From Octopus vulgaris (lineage: Eukaryota), in the NCBI GenBank assembly GCA_951406725.2, contig OX597821.1, positions 66,774,001 to 66,838,000 on the forward strand: a stretch of 64,000 bases of DNA. The letters run 5' to 3'. Below the pieces are notes generated by a model, which had not been told where the DNA came from, made no database searches, and saw only the letters and a program-made list of their open reading frames with translations. Positions 13,950 to 28,266 of the stretch are shown in pieces (position 1 is the stretch's first letter; every line of letters starts with the position of its first letter). Both the position numbers and the translations under genes were made by a program.

Positions 13950-14530
13950 AAGGCGACGAGCTGGCAGAAACGTTAGCACGCCGGCCGAAGTGCTTAGCGG
14001 TATTTCGTCTGCCGCTACGTTCTGAGCACAAATTCTGTCGAGGTCGACTTTGCCTTTCATCCTTTCGGGGTCGATTAAATAAGTACCAGTTACGCACTGC
14101 GGTCGATGTAATTGACTTAATCCGTTTGTCTGTCCCTGTTTGTCCTCTCTGTGCTTAACCCATTGTGGGTAGTAAAGAAATAGGGATTTCGTCTGCCGCT
14201 ACGTTCTGAGTTCAAATTCCGCTAAGGTCGACTTTGACTTTCACCCTTTTCCGGTCGATTAAATAAATACTAGTTACGCACTGGGGTCGATGTAATCGAC
14301 TTAATCCGTTTGTCTGTCCTTGTTTGTCCTTTCTGTGTTTAACGCCGTGTGGGTAGTAAAGAAATAGAAATAGCTATTTCGTCTTCCGTTACGTTCTGAT
14401 TTCAAATTCCGCCGAGGTCGACTTTGCCTTTCATCCTTTCGGGGTTGATAAATTAAGTACCAGTGATGTCAATGTAATCGATTAGTCTCCTCCTGCCAAA
14501 ACTTCATGTCTTGTGCCTATAATAGAAAGG
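13950..14530 (+). mobile_element. SINE family B, trimeric (one head plus three ~185-bp body units)
   Basis: Body restarts at 14000, 14184 and 14374. The last unit has an alternative tail (CTTGTGCCTATAATAGAAAGG). Confidence 0.85.
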
Positions 14531-15159
14531 CTTATCCGTGTCAAGTCGTTACTTTCAATAACCGTCCTCGTTGTTGTAACACATTAGAATAAATGAGTAA
14601 CAAAGGTTCATAAATTTTCATTACATTAGCAAATATGCAGTTATTTTTCTTAAAATAGGTTAAAAATAATAACCATAATTTAACATAAATCGTTAATTTT
14701 TAAACTTTTGGCATCGCTACTCATCAATACAAGTTTCAAATTTTCTAGAAGTTGGTAATTAAATAATGAGATAAGAATCTATAACACCAAGGATGGTCAT
14801 CTAGATTTTTGCAAGGAAATTATGTAGTTTCCATAAAGCAGTCTTCATTAGCATATTTTAATAAATTGCGCCGAACGAAAATACACTGAATACACAGCCA
14901 GCAATTGCGACTAGTTGCGCTGTCTGTAGGCATTACCTGAAGACTGATTTCAAATTACTTTGACTTACAGGAATGAATTTATTGTGGTCTTGTAGCTACC
15001 GATATATTCTCTGCGTTATAATCACGCCGATATAAATTTTGCTTTTTCCCGTTTCGCAATCGTCGAATTACTTCGAATCCAAGATGGTGGATTGGTGGAA
15101 TTGAATTGCAAGAATGTGGATTCTGATTCCTTGTGGTATTTCTCGCTTAAATTTTTATC

Positions 15160-15545
15160 TTTTATTCTTTACTTCTTTCAAACATTAGACAGGAGCCATG
15201 CTGGAGAGCACCCTCAACGTATTTTAGTCGAATAGATCGATCCCAATACTTTCTTTAAAGCCTAGTACTTATTATATCGGTCTCTTTTGTCGAACCGCAA
15301 GGGTGCAAGGACATAAACACACGAACATCGGTTGTCAAGCGGTAGTGGCGGGACAAACATAGACACAACACACACACATATGTATATGTCTACCAAATCC
15401 ACTCGCGTCTATCGAATCCTTTCACGGGGTTTTTGTTGGCCTGAGGCTACAGTAGAAGACATATGCCCAAGGTTCCACGCAGAGGGACTGAACCCGGAAC
15501 CATGTGGTTGGTATGCAAACTTCTTACCACACAGCACGTCTGCGT
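15160..15545 (-). mobile_element. SINE family A (diverged)
   Basis: Homology to family A head and tail. Confidence 0.8.
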
Positions 15546-17167
15546 TTCTTTGGGTTGGCCTAATTCGTTTTAGACTTAATCCGTCACCCAGTTTAACACC
15601 ATCACCCTTGCATGTTGAGTGCGTTTCGCCGTGTCTACTCTGCTGCAAACATTAAGGTCAAGTCTGTCTCCGGCTTGAGAACCACTTTCTCACTCAGCCA
15701 CACCACCTTGAATGTGCTCTAAAGGAAAATAGATATGCCCTTTCCTCCTTACACTAATATAAAATGAATAACTTTTCTCTCATGTTTTATGGGCACATTT
15801 TCGTTATACAACTCAGCAGACCTCTTGTTTGCAAATTGCGTTGAGTAAGATTTTATACTTAAAACGAAATCGATGCGTTTGAGACGAACAGTTAAGAAGA
15901 TCTTAGGCTTCCAAACTCTCTTTATTTTTGATAACATTATATATTATATATTCATGCAGGGCTAGCAGGTTGAGTTGCGTTCCACTCAAATGCATCATTT
16001 TCCATTTACATTCCATTTTCATTTTACTACCAACCAAATATAAACGTTTTCGGTTCAAACATCTCCGACTTTCACCTTAACATCAAAGAGGGAGATAGAG
16101 TTCAAATGTAAGAAATAAAATCGTTATATAAATTCTCTCTTGAAAATCAGGATAAATAAAAGAGATATTAAAGATATTTAAAACTTTAATATTCATAAAA
16201 CATACGATATCAATCGAATTTAAAGTGATATATTGCATTTTGCAAAGCTTATGTGTCTTAAAATCATCTAATGGATATAAAATGTATACATATATATATC
16301 CTCATTTACATCGATTTGTTGAGAATAGTTTGAAATATATTTTAAAAATGTTTTCAATCGCGTAATTGTTGCTTTGATAAACATAATGGCATCGTTTATA
16401 CTTCAGTTTAGCCAGGAAATATACAAATTATCACAGTAATTTATACATAAACACATAGGTATAGGCAAGTATATATATATATATAGAAATATAAATATGT
16501 ACATACATACACATATACATAAATGCGTGCGCGCACGCAAACAAACGTGCATTGAAACATACGTAGTTGCGTGAACATACAATTTTATACAGCCATAGAG
16601 GTGTACATACATACATGCACACATAAATATATGCAAAATATTTACCTTCCATTTTAAAGCGTAAATTTATATAGAAATACACATAAAACTCTCTTTCTCC
16701 CTCTGTATATATATATATATGAATTGATATATTGCCTTATATATATATATATATATATATGTATATACAGAGAAAGAGGAAGAGAGAGCTAGAGAAAAAT
16801 ATATATATTAAATATATCATACATATACATGAATGTATATAATTATGTATATATATATATGTGTGTGTGTGAGTGGGGGAGTGTACATATATGTATGCAT
16901 TACTCCTACACACACTCACGTATATATACATGGGAAGAAAGAATGGAATGGAAACAGAGAGAGAGAGAGAGAGAGAGAGAAAATGAATGATATATATTCT
17001 CTCAAAATTCATGATCCACACAGTCGTTACACAGAATCTAGAGCTCCAATGATATTCCAGTAGTCCGAAATTTACCGTATAGCAAGCATTTCCCTGTACC
17101 GACTGAGTCTGGTGTCATCTGTGGACAAATACACTTTGAAATATATATTCAGTACTCTTCTTCTTCC

Positions 17168-17257
<90 letters not shown>

Positions 17258-17967
17258 ATACACTCACATTTGTCGCTTTCAGCCAATTAAATTAGAAAAG
17301 TACTCAATTGTGTTCCATCTCACTTGTTTCATCTTCCGATAACAGCAACTCACGCGCATATGGCCGTATCTGAAGTATTGCTAGGGTCGTCAAGGGAGGC
17401 TAGCCGGGGCAGTGTCCCAGTCAGTCCCCGTCTCTACGAGATGCTTCCTCATCTGCTGTGATCATGTGGCATATGACCGGCCAAAACAAGCCATCAATAC
17501 CATCTGCATGTCCAGAGAAGAGGTCTGCTCGTTCATGTTGTGTATGTACCTTAAACGATGCAATGATGTCAGTCGACACTGAGGGCAGATACTAACTTGC
17601 ATTTACAACCAGTTTAAGATCTCCTGTATAAACATATCTATGTTGCAGAGTCTGTTATCGTCACTCCATGTCAATGTTATGCTGTTAACAAGGGGAACAA
17701 ATATGTGTGACACTATGCTCCTACGGTATAGGTTTGGTCTCTTCACATTGTTCATGTTACCTGCTATTATATAAGAAATTGTAACTGTTTCTAATTTTAC
17801 AGGAGTTTAAAGTCGACAATGATATGGCTGTTACTTGATAGTAAGACTTGTGTGGAGCAGTATTTTTGCGACCCACTCTATTTTGTGGTGGGTCGAACGA
17901 GAGTATATTGTATATGTAATCCTTTATACTGGTTACATAGAGAACCACTAAATGCGATGACATAATA

Positions 17968-18532
17968 TACTCTTTACTCCTTTCTCTCTTACTCTTTTAC
18001 TTGTTTCTGTCATTTGACTGTGGTCATGCTTGAGCACCGCCTTTAGTCGAGCAAATCGACTCCAGGACTTCTTCATTGGAAGCCTAGTACTTATTCTATC
18101 GGTCTCTTTTGCAGAACCGCTAAGTTACGGGGGCGTAAATACACCAGCATCGGTTGTCAAGTGATGTCAAGCTTTGGTCGGCCCGAGGCTATAGTAGAAG
18201 ACACTCGCCCCAGGTGCCACGCAGTGGGAATTAACCCAGAACCATGTGGTTGGTAAGCATGCTACTTAACACACAGCCACTCCTGTGCCTATGGACAAAA
18301 TCAAATATAATTCCTGTAGCAAACTAATAAGAGACTGAGTACACATACATGCACATAAATAAATGATGGATTCCCACGCAGCTTCCGACTACCAAATTGA
18401 AAAAAATCAAAGCATTAGTCAGCCTATACGATATTAAAAGACACTTACCCAAGATGCTTCGCAGTGGGATTGAACCCGAAACAACGTTGTTGCTAAACCA
18501 ACTACTTAACTACACAGCCATACCTACGCCCA
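17968..18532 (-). mobile_element. SINE family A with internal deletion (17968-18292) plus a diverged 5' half (18365-18532)
   Basis: Homology to family A. Confidence 0.78.
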
Positions 18533-18611
18533 TAAGGTGAAAATTAATGCAGAATCATAAAGAACGTTAAGTCAATTCATGGACAATTAAATGGTGCATG
18601 GACGCCAGTAT

Positions 18612-19176
18612 TTTACTGGTACTAATTTTATCGACACCGAAAGGCTGAAAGGCAAAGTCGACCTCTGCGGAATTTGAACTCAGAACGTAACGGCAGGTGA
18701 AATACCGCTCAGCATTTCGCCCGGCGTGCCAAAGATTCTGCCAGCTAGATGCTTTCTTTTCGTGTTCCTAAATCATATTATTTTCTACTCTAGGCACCAG
18801 ACCCGAATTTTGGGGGAGGGTCCAGTGGATTAGATAAAAACCCAGTACGCAACTGGTATTTAATTTATCGACCTCGAAAGGATGAAAGGCAAAGTTGACC
18901 TCGGCGGAATTTGAACTCAGAACGTAACGACAGACGAAATGCCTATTTCTTTACTACCCACAAGGGGTTAAACATAGAGAGGACAAGCAAGGACAGACAA
19001 ACGTATTAAGTCGATTATATCGACCCCAGTGCGTAACTGGTACTTATTTAATCGACCCCGAAAGGGTGAAAGTCAAAGTCGAATTCGGCGGAATTTGAAC
19101 TCAGAACGTAACGGCAGACGATATATCGCTGAGCATTTTGCCCGGCGTGCTAACGTTTCTACCAGCTCGCCTCCTT
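18612..19176 (-). mobile_element. SINE family B partial monomer (18612-18752) and dimer (18780-19176)
   Basis: Dimer junction GACGAAATGC|CTATTTCT at 18942/18943; the terminal unit carries the alternative tail. Confidence 0.82.
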
Positions 19177-19989
19177 ATTTTCGAGTTCCTAAATCATATA
19201 GCAATAACAAAGAATCACCTACCCTCCCGCTAAATTATGGTATCATCCAATTTCATAGAAATCTCTTCAATGTTGCCATGACTTTGGGAACTCAATACGG
19301 AGAGCACAAATAAAATTAATAATCTACAATAAAGCATTAGTAAGCATTAGTACAAATTACGATGATGGCAGTGAACAACACTTGTATTCCGAAAATGCTT
19401 CGATAATCCTATTTCCTTAAGAGTAAAGAAGCATTGGATAGATTTGGAACTTTTAGTTAGACAAGCAATGATTGCGGACTGCGAAAGAAACCAGAGAAAG
19501 CTTCATCATAGAGACGGTAGAGACATGTGAGAGAAGAAAGAACCGGGACATTCCTTTGCAGCATCAATGTTGCTCCGCATTACAGGAAGAAGCGATTTTA
19601 TCGGAAGTTGTCATAACGATTTTGATCTTTAGTCGATGCCGGGTAACTGGAAAGTTTTGCTATGTAAATATAGACGCTAACGTAATACTCACAATTCCTT
19701 GCATAAATCATGGTATTGTCTTTGCAAATACGCTTACAGGATAAATTTACGAACAAACTAAAAATGATTGAATACCTGACCAACAGCAAATATATTGTAT
19801 GAATTAGATCGGGCTTCTTCACATTTTATTACCAAAAGTTTAATGCCATGAATAACATATTTAATGATGAGACTTTCGCTATAGTTTCCGAAAGCAGTTA
19901 GGTCGTATGCATTACTCATTGAAATATAAAGCACATAAATCCTTATTTAAATATATATTTATACACATATATATATAGTATGTATGAAA

Positions 19990-19994
<5 letters not shown>

Positions 19995-20079
<85 letters not shown>

Positions 20080-20168
20080 GTATATATATGTATATATATA
20101 TGTATATATATATGTATATATATATGTATATATATAGATATATATAGATATATATGTATATATATTTG

Positions 20169-20215
<47 letters not shown>

Positions 20216-20465
20216 GTGTATACATATATGTATATATATGTATATATATATGTATATATATATATATGTATATATGTGTGTATATATATATGTATATACA
20301 TATATATATGCATATATATAGGCATATATATATATATGTATATACATATGTATGTACATATATATATATATGCATATGTAAATATTTGCATATACATATA
20401 TTATACATATATGTACATTCATGCATACATACACTCACATATTTATATGTACATGCATATATATT
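19995..20465. repeat. Long (TA)n / (TATATG)-type microsatellite
   Basis: Direct inspection. Confidence 0.95.
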
Positions 20466-21092
20466 TCAGTGCATATATCTCAACACCGATTATGTTCTTC
20501 GTTGTCCTCCACGTCAGCCGAAGTATTATTGATTCAATATAACAGCATATGAGTAAGATATATAATCTTACTGTAAACATTCCTTAATTGATGACGCCAA
20601 GTATTAACGGTCCTTTCTTTGTCGCTATAAATATTGCATCCAATAACACCCAGCATAAACACTTTACTAATTCCTCTTTACTAAATAGAGCCTTGGGGAG
20701 AAGATAAAAATTCCATACAAATGTTAAAAGTAAATGATATAGAATGATGTATTGTTTAAATAATATTTAATTAAATTGTTTTACTCGTAGATATCAAGTA
20801 AATTAAATGAAACCAAGGTAGGTGGCTATCATGTTCTCTGCGTGTTGTGTCATTGCGAGGTGATGTGTTAGGTCTGTTCCTTTTTATGTGAACATGTGTT
20901 CAGGCGATTTAAATTAATTAATTAAGTGTACAAAATTAAACTGATGAGTTACGAGTTAGCTTTTAAAACATTAACGAATTTTCTATTTTAATTATAGCAA
21001 ACCTTCTTCGGAAAACGCATATGTAACTGTTTATATGTTTCTGCTTTTGTATGTGTGTTTGTGTCAGAGTGAGGAAAACAGAAAGAAATAAG

Positions 21093-21123
<31 letters not shown>

Positions 21124-21699
21124 CGTGGAGAAATAAAGACTAATTGAATCCTACTTGGAAAGTAAGGAAAATTTTATTGCTTTAAAACAATTAGAATCGA
21201 AACGCTTCTAAATAACATACGAAAATAGAATGCTTTCTTACTGAAAACATTTTTGAACAAGATATAAAAACAGAAGAAAGTTCTCATAATTGCAAATCGT
21301 TTTTATATTTTCTTTAGTTGATCCTTAATGCATTAACTTGTGCATTGTATTTCATCTTATGTTTCATCACCGTCCTCTTCTTCAACAGCTGTACAGATCA
21401 TGGGCCACGATATTATCCTAAATCATGGCTGTGTTACTAAGACTAAGCTACAGAAAAGAAGAAAAAAAAAACGTAAAACCCCCCAAAAGCGAAAGAACTC
21501 TAGAGCAGTGTCACAATCATCGGAAAATGTTTAACCTCTGAACAGCACATAACAATTTAAAAAGTATTCTGCATTGTACTCCATACCTATTACCATTTTA
21601 CTCCATACCTCAATTCAATTCTGATCTGTCTTTTGATGTGTCTGTGTGGGTGTGCGCGCGCTACTGTATGTGTACATAAATATGGATATACATACATAT

Positions 21700-21960
<261 letters not shown>

Positions 21961-22178
21961 ATTTTTGTATTTTGTATTTAACACACACACCGATTCGATT
22001 TCTATTCACTTACGTATTTTTTCTAAATAAATAAATGAATGGAAATTTAACCTGTGAGTGTATTAAATAATAAGGCACTAAAAGAGAATGACTCTCCCAC
22101 ACACAGTGATATACATGTGTAGGTATGGATATATATATATAAATATATATATATATAAAATCAAAATAAGCAACAAGG

Positions 22179-22213
<35 letters not shown>

Positions 22214-22215
<2 letters not shown>

Positions 22216-22642
22216 GGGTTATTCAAAAAGAACGAACCGATTTCATTACGCAATATTTCAATAAGGAAAATCAATAGAAAACTCAAGTTAAGTCACAAGT
22301 ATTTACTCACAATCACCTTTTATTTCCTGTCTTGCAAGTGCTCAACGTGACCGCCACCTGCAGCAAGAGTAACATCAATGCGATAAGAGAATTCCTCCCA
22401 GGCGCGTATCAGCATATCATGATCCACTGAAGTTGATCGCTGTTGTTATTCGATGTTTACGATTTTTTTCTTGTGGGGATATGTAAAACATCGCGTTTAT
22501 GCTCCACCGCTACTCACTAACCCCGATGACCTTAAACATCGAATAACAACAGTACTCAACTCATTGGATTGTGATATGCTGATACGCGTCTCCGAGGACT
22601 TCCCTTATCGCGCTGATGTTGCCCGTGCTGCAGGTGGTTTGC
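22214..22642. mobile_element. Tc1/mariner-derived non-autonomous element built from inverted transposase 3' ends
   Basis: TA|CAGGGTTATTCAAAAAG terminus. The + strand encodes FFLWGYVKHRVY...DLKHRI...DMLIRV...YRADVARAAGG (Tc1-type C-terminus). 22350-22458 is an inverted copy of ~22533-22640. Confidence 0.75.
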
Positions 22643-23455
22643 CATACACACATATATAGGAGTACATACACACATATACGCATTTGATCGGCTTATGCTC
22701 AGTTGATGTATCAAAATCGTGTCCCAGATTCATCGATCAATTTGAGGCCCTCTTACACGACACTTGCCTATTGTTTAGTTCAGTGTCACCAAGCTCAAAA
22801 CTTCATGTTTCTCAAAGGGTTTTGTGAATCATGTAGTCTTATCTGCGCTCATCTACAATTCTCGTATTTATCCAGGTAAAACATTATTGACGTTAGTAAA
22901 CGCTTTCTTACTCACATAACTACAGATTTTCTCCGTATTTAGTTTATATTCAGAGTGCTTAAGATAACAGGAAATTATTCCTCAGTGCAACGCAGATAAA
23001 ATAAAATAATAAAATGACATGCAATAAAATGAATATTACAAAACTTACCTAACAAAAATGAATTGTAGTTCTCTTTACACAAATGATATAATACTTCTAT
23101 GAACAGAGATTTAAATATGCTATTCAAACATATTCGTTGTTCGTTTGTGTGTTTATCTATGTATTTATCAATTTCAGTTGCGAGATATTAAATCACCATA
23201 CATACGAAAAATCTTATAACTATAACAAAATGTAAATTACATGAAATTTTAGATACATATCACATAAACATACACTCATATAAGCTTACACTTAGAAACA
23301 GGAACGAACTCACGCGCGCACACATATGCAAGTATAGTCGCACATAAATAGTTGCGCAAAAGATATTCAATTCTCATAACACCTAATAAATACACTATAC
23401 ACGTGCACGTGTGAAAATTAAATGTGTATGACTGCATGTAGTATATTAATGTTCG

Positions 23456-23459
<4 letters not shown>

Positions 23460-23487
<28 letters not shown>

Positions 23488-23491
23488 TCTA

Positions 23492-23522
<31 letters not shown>

Positions 23523-23547
23523 CAGCGTTTATCTATCTACATATCTG

Positions 23548-23619
<72 letters not shown>

Positions 23620-23776
23620 CATATCTCTCTCTCTCTCTATCTATCTACATATCTACATATCTAACTATCTATCTACATATCTATCTATTATATATCTATT
23701 TATCTATCTATCTACCTATCTATCTATCTATCTATCTATCTATCAATCTATCTATCTATCTATCTATCTATCTATA

Positions 23777-23810
<34 letters not shown>

Positions 23811-23815
23811 CTCTG

Positions 23816-23876
<61 letters not shown>

Positions 23877-23892
23877 ATCTATCTACCTATCA

Positions 23893-23939
<47 letters not shown>

Positions 23940-23940
23940 A

Positions 23941-23988
<48 letters not shown>

Positions 23989-24035
23989 GTCTATCTATCT
24001 ATCTAAATATCTATCTACATATCTACATATATATG
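23460..24035. repeat. Long (TATC)n microsatellite
   Basis: Direct inspection; it explains the YLSI-repeat ORFs. Confidence 0.95.
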
Positions 24036-24840
24036 TTTATTCCTTGCTCGCTATATCAGTATATGTGTCGGTGGGTGTTTATACTCATAAACATGCATGC
24101 ACACCACACACACACACTCGCAGTCCATACACCCGCACATGCTTCCCCTCCATACACACAAACACACACATGCACGCATGCAATAATATATTAACTCTGA
24201 ACGTTATTTGAATATGATAGACTTGTCATTCTGTTTCATGAAAAGAAAAAAAAAAACAGAATCTTGTCGCATTCAGTGGTTATCCAAAATTACTACTCCA
24301 AGAGAAGAAGAACAACAAAAATATACGTATGTATATATGTATGTGTATATGTATGCGTATGCGTATGTGTGAATGTTTGTAAAAAGCGAAAACCATATTT
24401 TTTTCTACGTTAAAGATACGTTAAAATTCATTATAATATATATGAGATATGAGCGATGCTTGAATAGAAAACACTTTCCACCTACATCGCAACAGCATTT
24501 GTAAAATATATTTTAAACGAAGCAAGAAAGTCAACAATAACAGTTACAGCAGCAGCAGCCGCAGCAGCAGTGGCAACTCTCAAATTCGTATATTTTATGT
24601 TTCAATAGAACGGTTAAAAAGAATGAAGCATTTGACAATTGAATTAGAATTTCAGTAAATTAGAATATAAGAAAACACATTTGATGACAATCATGCGGAT
24701 ACGAAGGATGAGGAATTTTCTTGCGTTTCATTTGTTCGTTTCTATGTGGATTTAAATAAAGAAAAAAGAGACAATCTCTGATGTAAAACAACACACCAAA
24801 TGGTTTCTTCAATGCTTTCAGTTATTACATAGATGTATAG

Positions 24841-25060
24841 AAGGCGGTGGGTGTGATGGCGGAACGGTTAGCACGCCCAGTAAAATATCAAGCGGCATTC
24901 CGTCTATCTTTATGGTCTGGGTTCAAAACCCGCCAGGTCGTCATTGCATTTCATCATCTTTCGGAGTCGATAAAATAAGTACCAATTGAACACTGGAATC
25001 GATGTTCTTGACTTATCTCCTCCCCAAATTGCTGACGTTGTGGTAAATCTTGAAACCGTT
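24841..25060 (+). mobile_element. SINE family B, diverged
   Basis: Head, B box and GTCGATAAAATAAGTACCA core. Confidence 0.7.
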
Positions 25061-25277
25061 ATATAGATCTATAGATGTGTTCGTAAGTATTCGAGTGACT
25101 TATTTGCCGGTGTGTAATTATTCTTCTATTTTTGTATATGGGCTTATGTGTATGTCTGCGTGACTTTGCTTATACTTGCAATACAAGCTTTTAATATACA
25201 AGAACCTTACATTATAAACATTGCTTTTATTGTTATCAGGTTCAAATCAACCGTTGTCTACAAAACCGATTATTTAC

Positions 25278-25314
<37 letters not shown>

Positions 25315-25316
<2 letters not shown>

Positions 25317-25731
25317 TTCATTCTTTCATTTGTTTTAGTCATTTGACTGCGGCCGTGGTGTGGTACCGCCTTTAATAGACCAAATCGACCCCAGGACTTA
25401 TTCTTTTTAAGCCTAGTACTTATTCTATCGGTGTCTTACCGAACCGCTAAGTGGCGGGGATATAAACACACCAGCATCGGTTGTCAAGCTATGTTGGGGA
25501 GACAAACTCAGACACACAAACATATACATACACACGCACACGCACACACATATATATACATATATATATGAGGGGCTTCTTTCAGTTTCCGTCTACCAAA
25601 TCCACTCGCAAGGCTTTGGGAGGCCCGAGGCTATAGTAGAAGACACTTGCCCAAGGTGCCACGCAGTGGTACTGAACCCGGAACCATGTGGTTCGTAAGC
25701 AAGCTACTTACCACACAGCCACTCCTGCGTA
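25315..25731 (-). mobile_element. SINE family A, full length
   Basis: Homology to family A. Confidence 0.87.
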
Positions 25732-25834
25732 TATATATATATACACACAATCGATAGGAACAATCAAAATTTACTCGGAGATATTTCTATGTACAATTTA
25801 TACAATAGCAGCCAATACCGATCTATATTTACCA

Positions 25835-26170
25835 ATGTGGAAGCGCGGTTTGGATTTCAAACCGGATATTATGAGTGTTTATAGAGCGAAAACACCTAAA
25901 GCTCCATGAGGCTCCGGCAGGGCTGGTGGTGAACCCTGATGTATTCCTTCACAACAACTTTCTCTCACTCTTTCTTCCTGTTTCTGTTGTACCTGTATTT
26001 CAAGGGACCATCCTTGTCGCCCTGTGTCACGCTGAATCTCCCCGAGAACTACGTTAAGTGTACACGTCTCTATGGAGCGCTCAGCAACTTGCACGTTAAT
26101 TTCACAAGCAAGCGCTGTTCCGTTGATCGGATCAACTGGAACACACGTCTTCGTAACCGTCGGAGTGCCA
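25835..26170 (+). mobile_element. tRNA-derived SINE (head C + tail X)
   Basis: GAGCGAAAACACCTAAAGCTCC body shared with 29798 and 53800; tail X shared with 10641. Confidence 0.78.
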
Positions 26171-26384
26171 CGACGACGGCAATGAAGAGCCACTAAGTGT
26201 GGAAAGAGTTTGGATCCAAAAGTAATAATACTGCTTTAGGAATGAAGTATTGAATATTGTTGCCTTTCGTAGAATATTTATTGTGATATGGAAACAGCTG
26301 GCATCCCTTGTCCATAAGTCTGATGAATCATGATTAAAACTAATGGAATTTCAGTTCATCGATTGTTTGAATAAATTAATAGTA

Positions 26385-26798
26385 TAGGCATAGGAGTGGC
26401 TGTGTGGTAAGTAGCTTGCTTACGAACCACATGGTTCCGGGTTCAGTCCCACTGCGTGGCACCTTGGGCAAGTGTCTTCTACTATAGCCACGGGTCGACC
26501 AAAGCCTTGTGAGTGGATTTGGTAGACGGAAACTGAAAGAAGCCCGTCGTATATATGTATATATACATATGTATGTGTGTGTGTATATGTTTGCGTGTCT
26601 GTGTTTGTCCCCCTAACATTGCTTAACAGCCGATGCTGGTGTGTTTACGTCCCCGTACCTAGCAGTTAGGCAAAAGAGACCGATAGAATAAGTACTAGGC
26701 TTACAAAGAATAAGTCCTGGGAGCGATTTGGTCGACTAAAGGCGGTGCTCCAGCATGGCCACAGTCAAATAACAAAAACAAGTAAAAGAGTAAAAGAG
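26385..26798 (+). mobile_element. SINE family A, full length, near consensus
   Basis: TGGCTGTGTGG A box, GGTTCAGTCCC B box, internal TA/TG run, LINE-like tail and (GTAAAAGA)2. Confidence 0.9.
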
Positions 26799-27576
26799 AG
26801 AGAGAGAGAGATAGTATCTTGAATAAAACCTAAGTTAATGAGCTGCTTGAATCATTAGCTCGCCGGTCAAAATACTGAGCGGCATCTCTTCTGGGCTTAT
26901 GTTCTGAGTTCAAATTCCGCTGAGGCTGACTTTTCCAATCGGTGTCCATGAAATACGTTGCAATAAATCATTGGGTTCCAAGCTAAATCCCTCCACTTAA
27001 AATTGCCTGTCTCGTGCCAAAAACAGAAAGAGTAATTGTTTGTTAAGAAAGTGTGAGTGAAATTTTAAGGGAATTTATGCATATTAAAGTATGTTAAATT
27101 TTGCTCTGTTACCACAAAGCCGTTCGTCGTTCACCATCCATTCAAAAATGCCCAGCAGCCACAACAAAACGAAGCAGTCGTCCAGCTGCCGACTCCTAAG
27201 GATTCGAACTTACGAAGGGCATCAAATTATAAACATTATTTAATAATGGGGATGAAACATTTTATGGTTTCAAGATTGCCACGTCACTGAGCAACATAAC
27301 ATCAAGAAAATAATGCGCGGTGTTATGCCTGTGGAACAATTCGCAATGCAGGACACAGTCCCAAAATGTGACTATAAATACGAAAACCATAAACATACAC
27401 ACACACACACTCTGTCGCTTTAAAGAAATTAATGTTAACCAGCGAAAGTTTTGTATGTTACTATTAACATGTTAAACTGAAATGGAACTCATTGTTTATA
27501 CATATATATGTATGTGTATATCTCTATCTGTATATGTGTGTGCGTGTGTCGGTGTGTTGTGTAAAATATATGCATG

Positions 27577-27637
<61 letters not shown>

Positions 27638-27726
27638 AAGTAAATATATATATACACACACATGCATTTATGTATATATATATATATATATATATATGTT
27701 TATATATATATATATACAATATATAT

Positions 27727-27762
<36 letters not shown>

Positions 27763-28266
27763 TTTCAGTCTCTTATTGCACAAAATCCTGCATATGCAAT
27801 AATCTATTTATTTAAATTCAAGTTCCTAAAATTATTAGCTTCTTCAAACAAACTAAATATAAAGGCTTCTTCTTCAGAAAAAAAAAAAAAATTCCAAGAT
27901 AATGATTTCGTTACATATATTCTCAAATTCTTACATTATAAATTAAAAAGCATACAAATTATTACTTTACCTAAGGCAAATTTATGGTTTAACGATTCTT
28001 TTTTTTTTTTTTTTCTCCTTTCCATATTGAAAAATATTCGAATATCTTGGTTTCGGCGATTTGCATTTCCCACTCACGATGTTTGTTGTGTTAGCAATTT
28101 TAGCAAAATTAAATCTTTCTCATTACCGCATGAGCTCAAAATACAATTATGGAACGTTATTATGTCGATAGACGAGATATATTAGTAAGGAAATGGCACA
28201 CATGCGAAAACGAAGATCATGTTTTCCTGTTCTTCTCCTTCTAGCGTTGCTATTGCTGCTACTGCA

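Noticed and set aside
17345-17760. Possible RTE 3' remnant (also GC-richer islands at 33100-33590 and 48880-49150)
   Set aside because: Probably old LINE pieces, but the motifs are too decayed to support a call.
26385-26460. tRNA genes at SINE heads
   Set aside because: A and B boxes are present, but there is no complete cloverleaf and each continues into a repeated SINE body.
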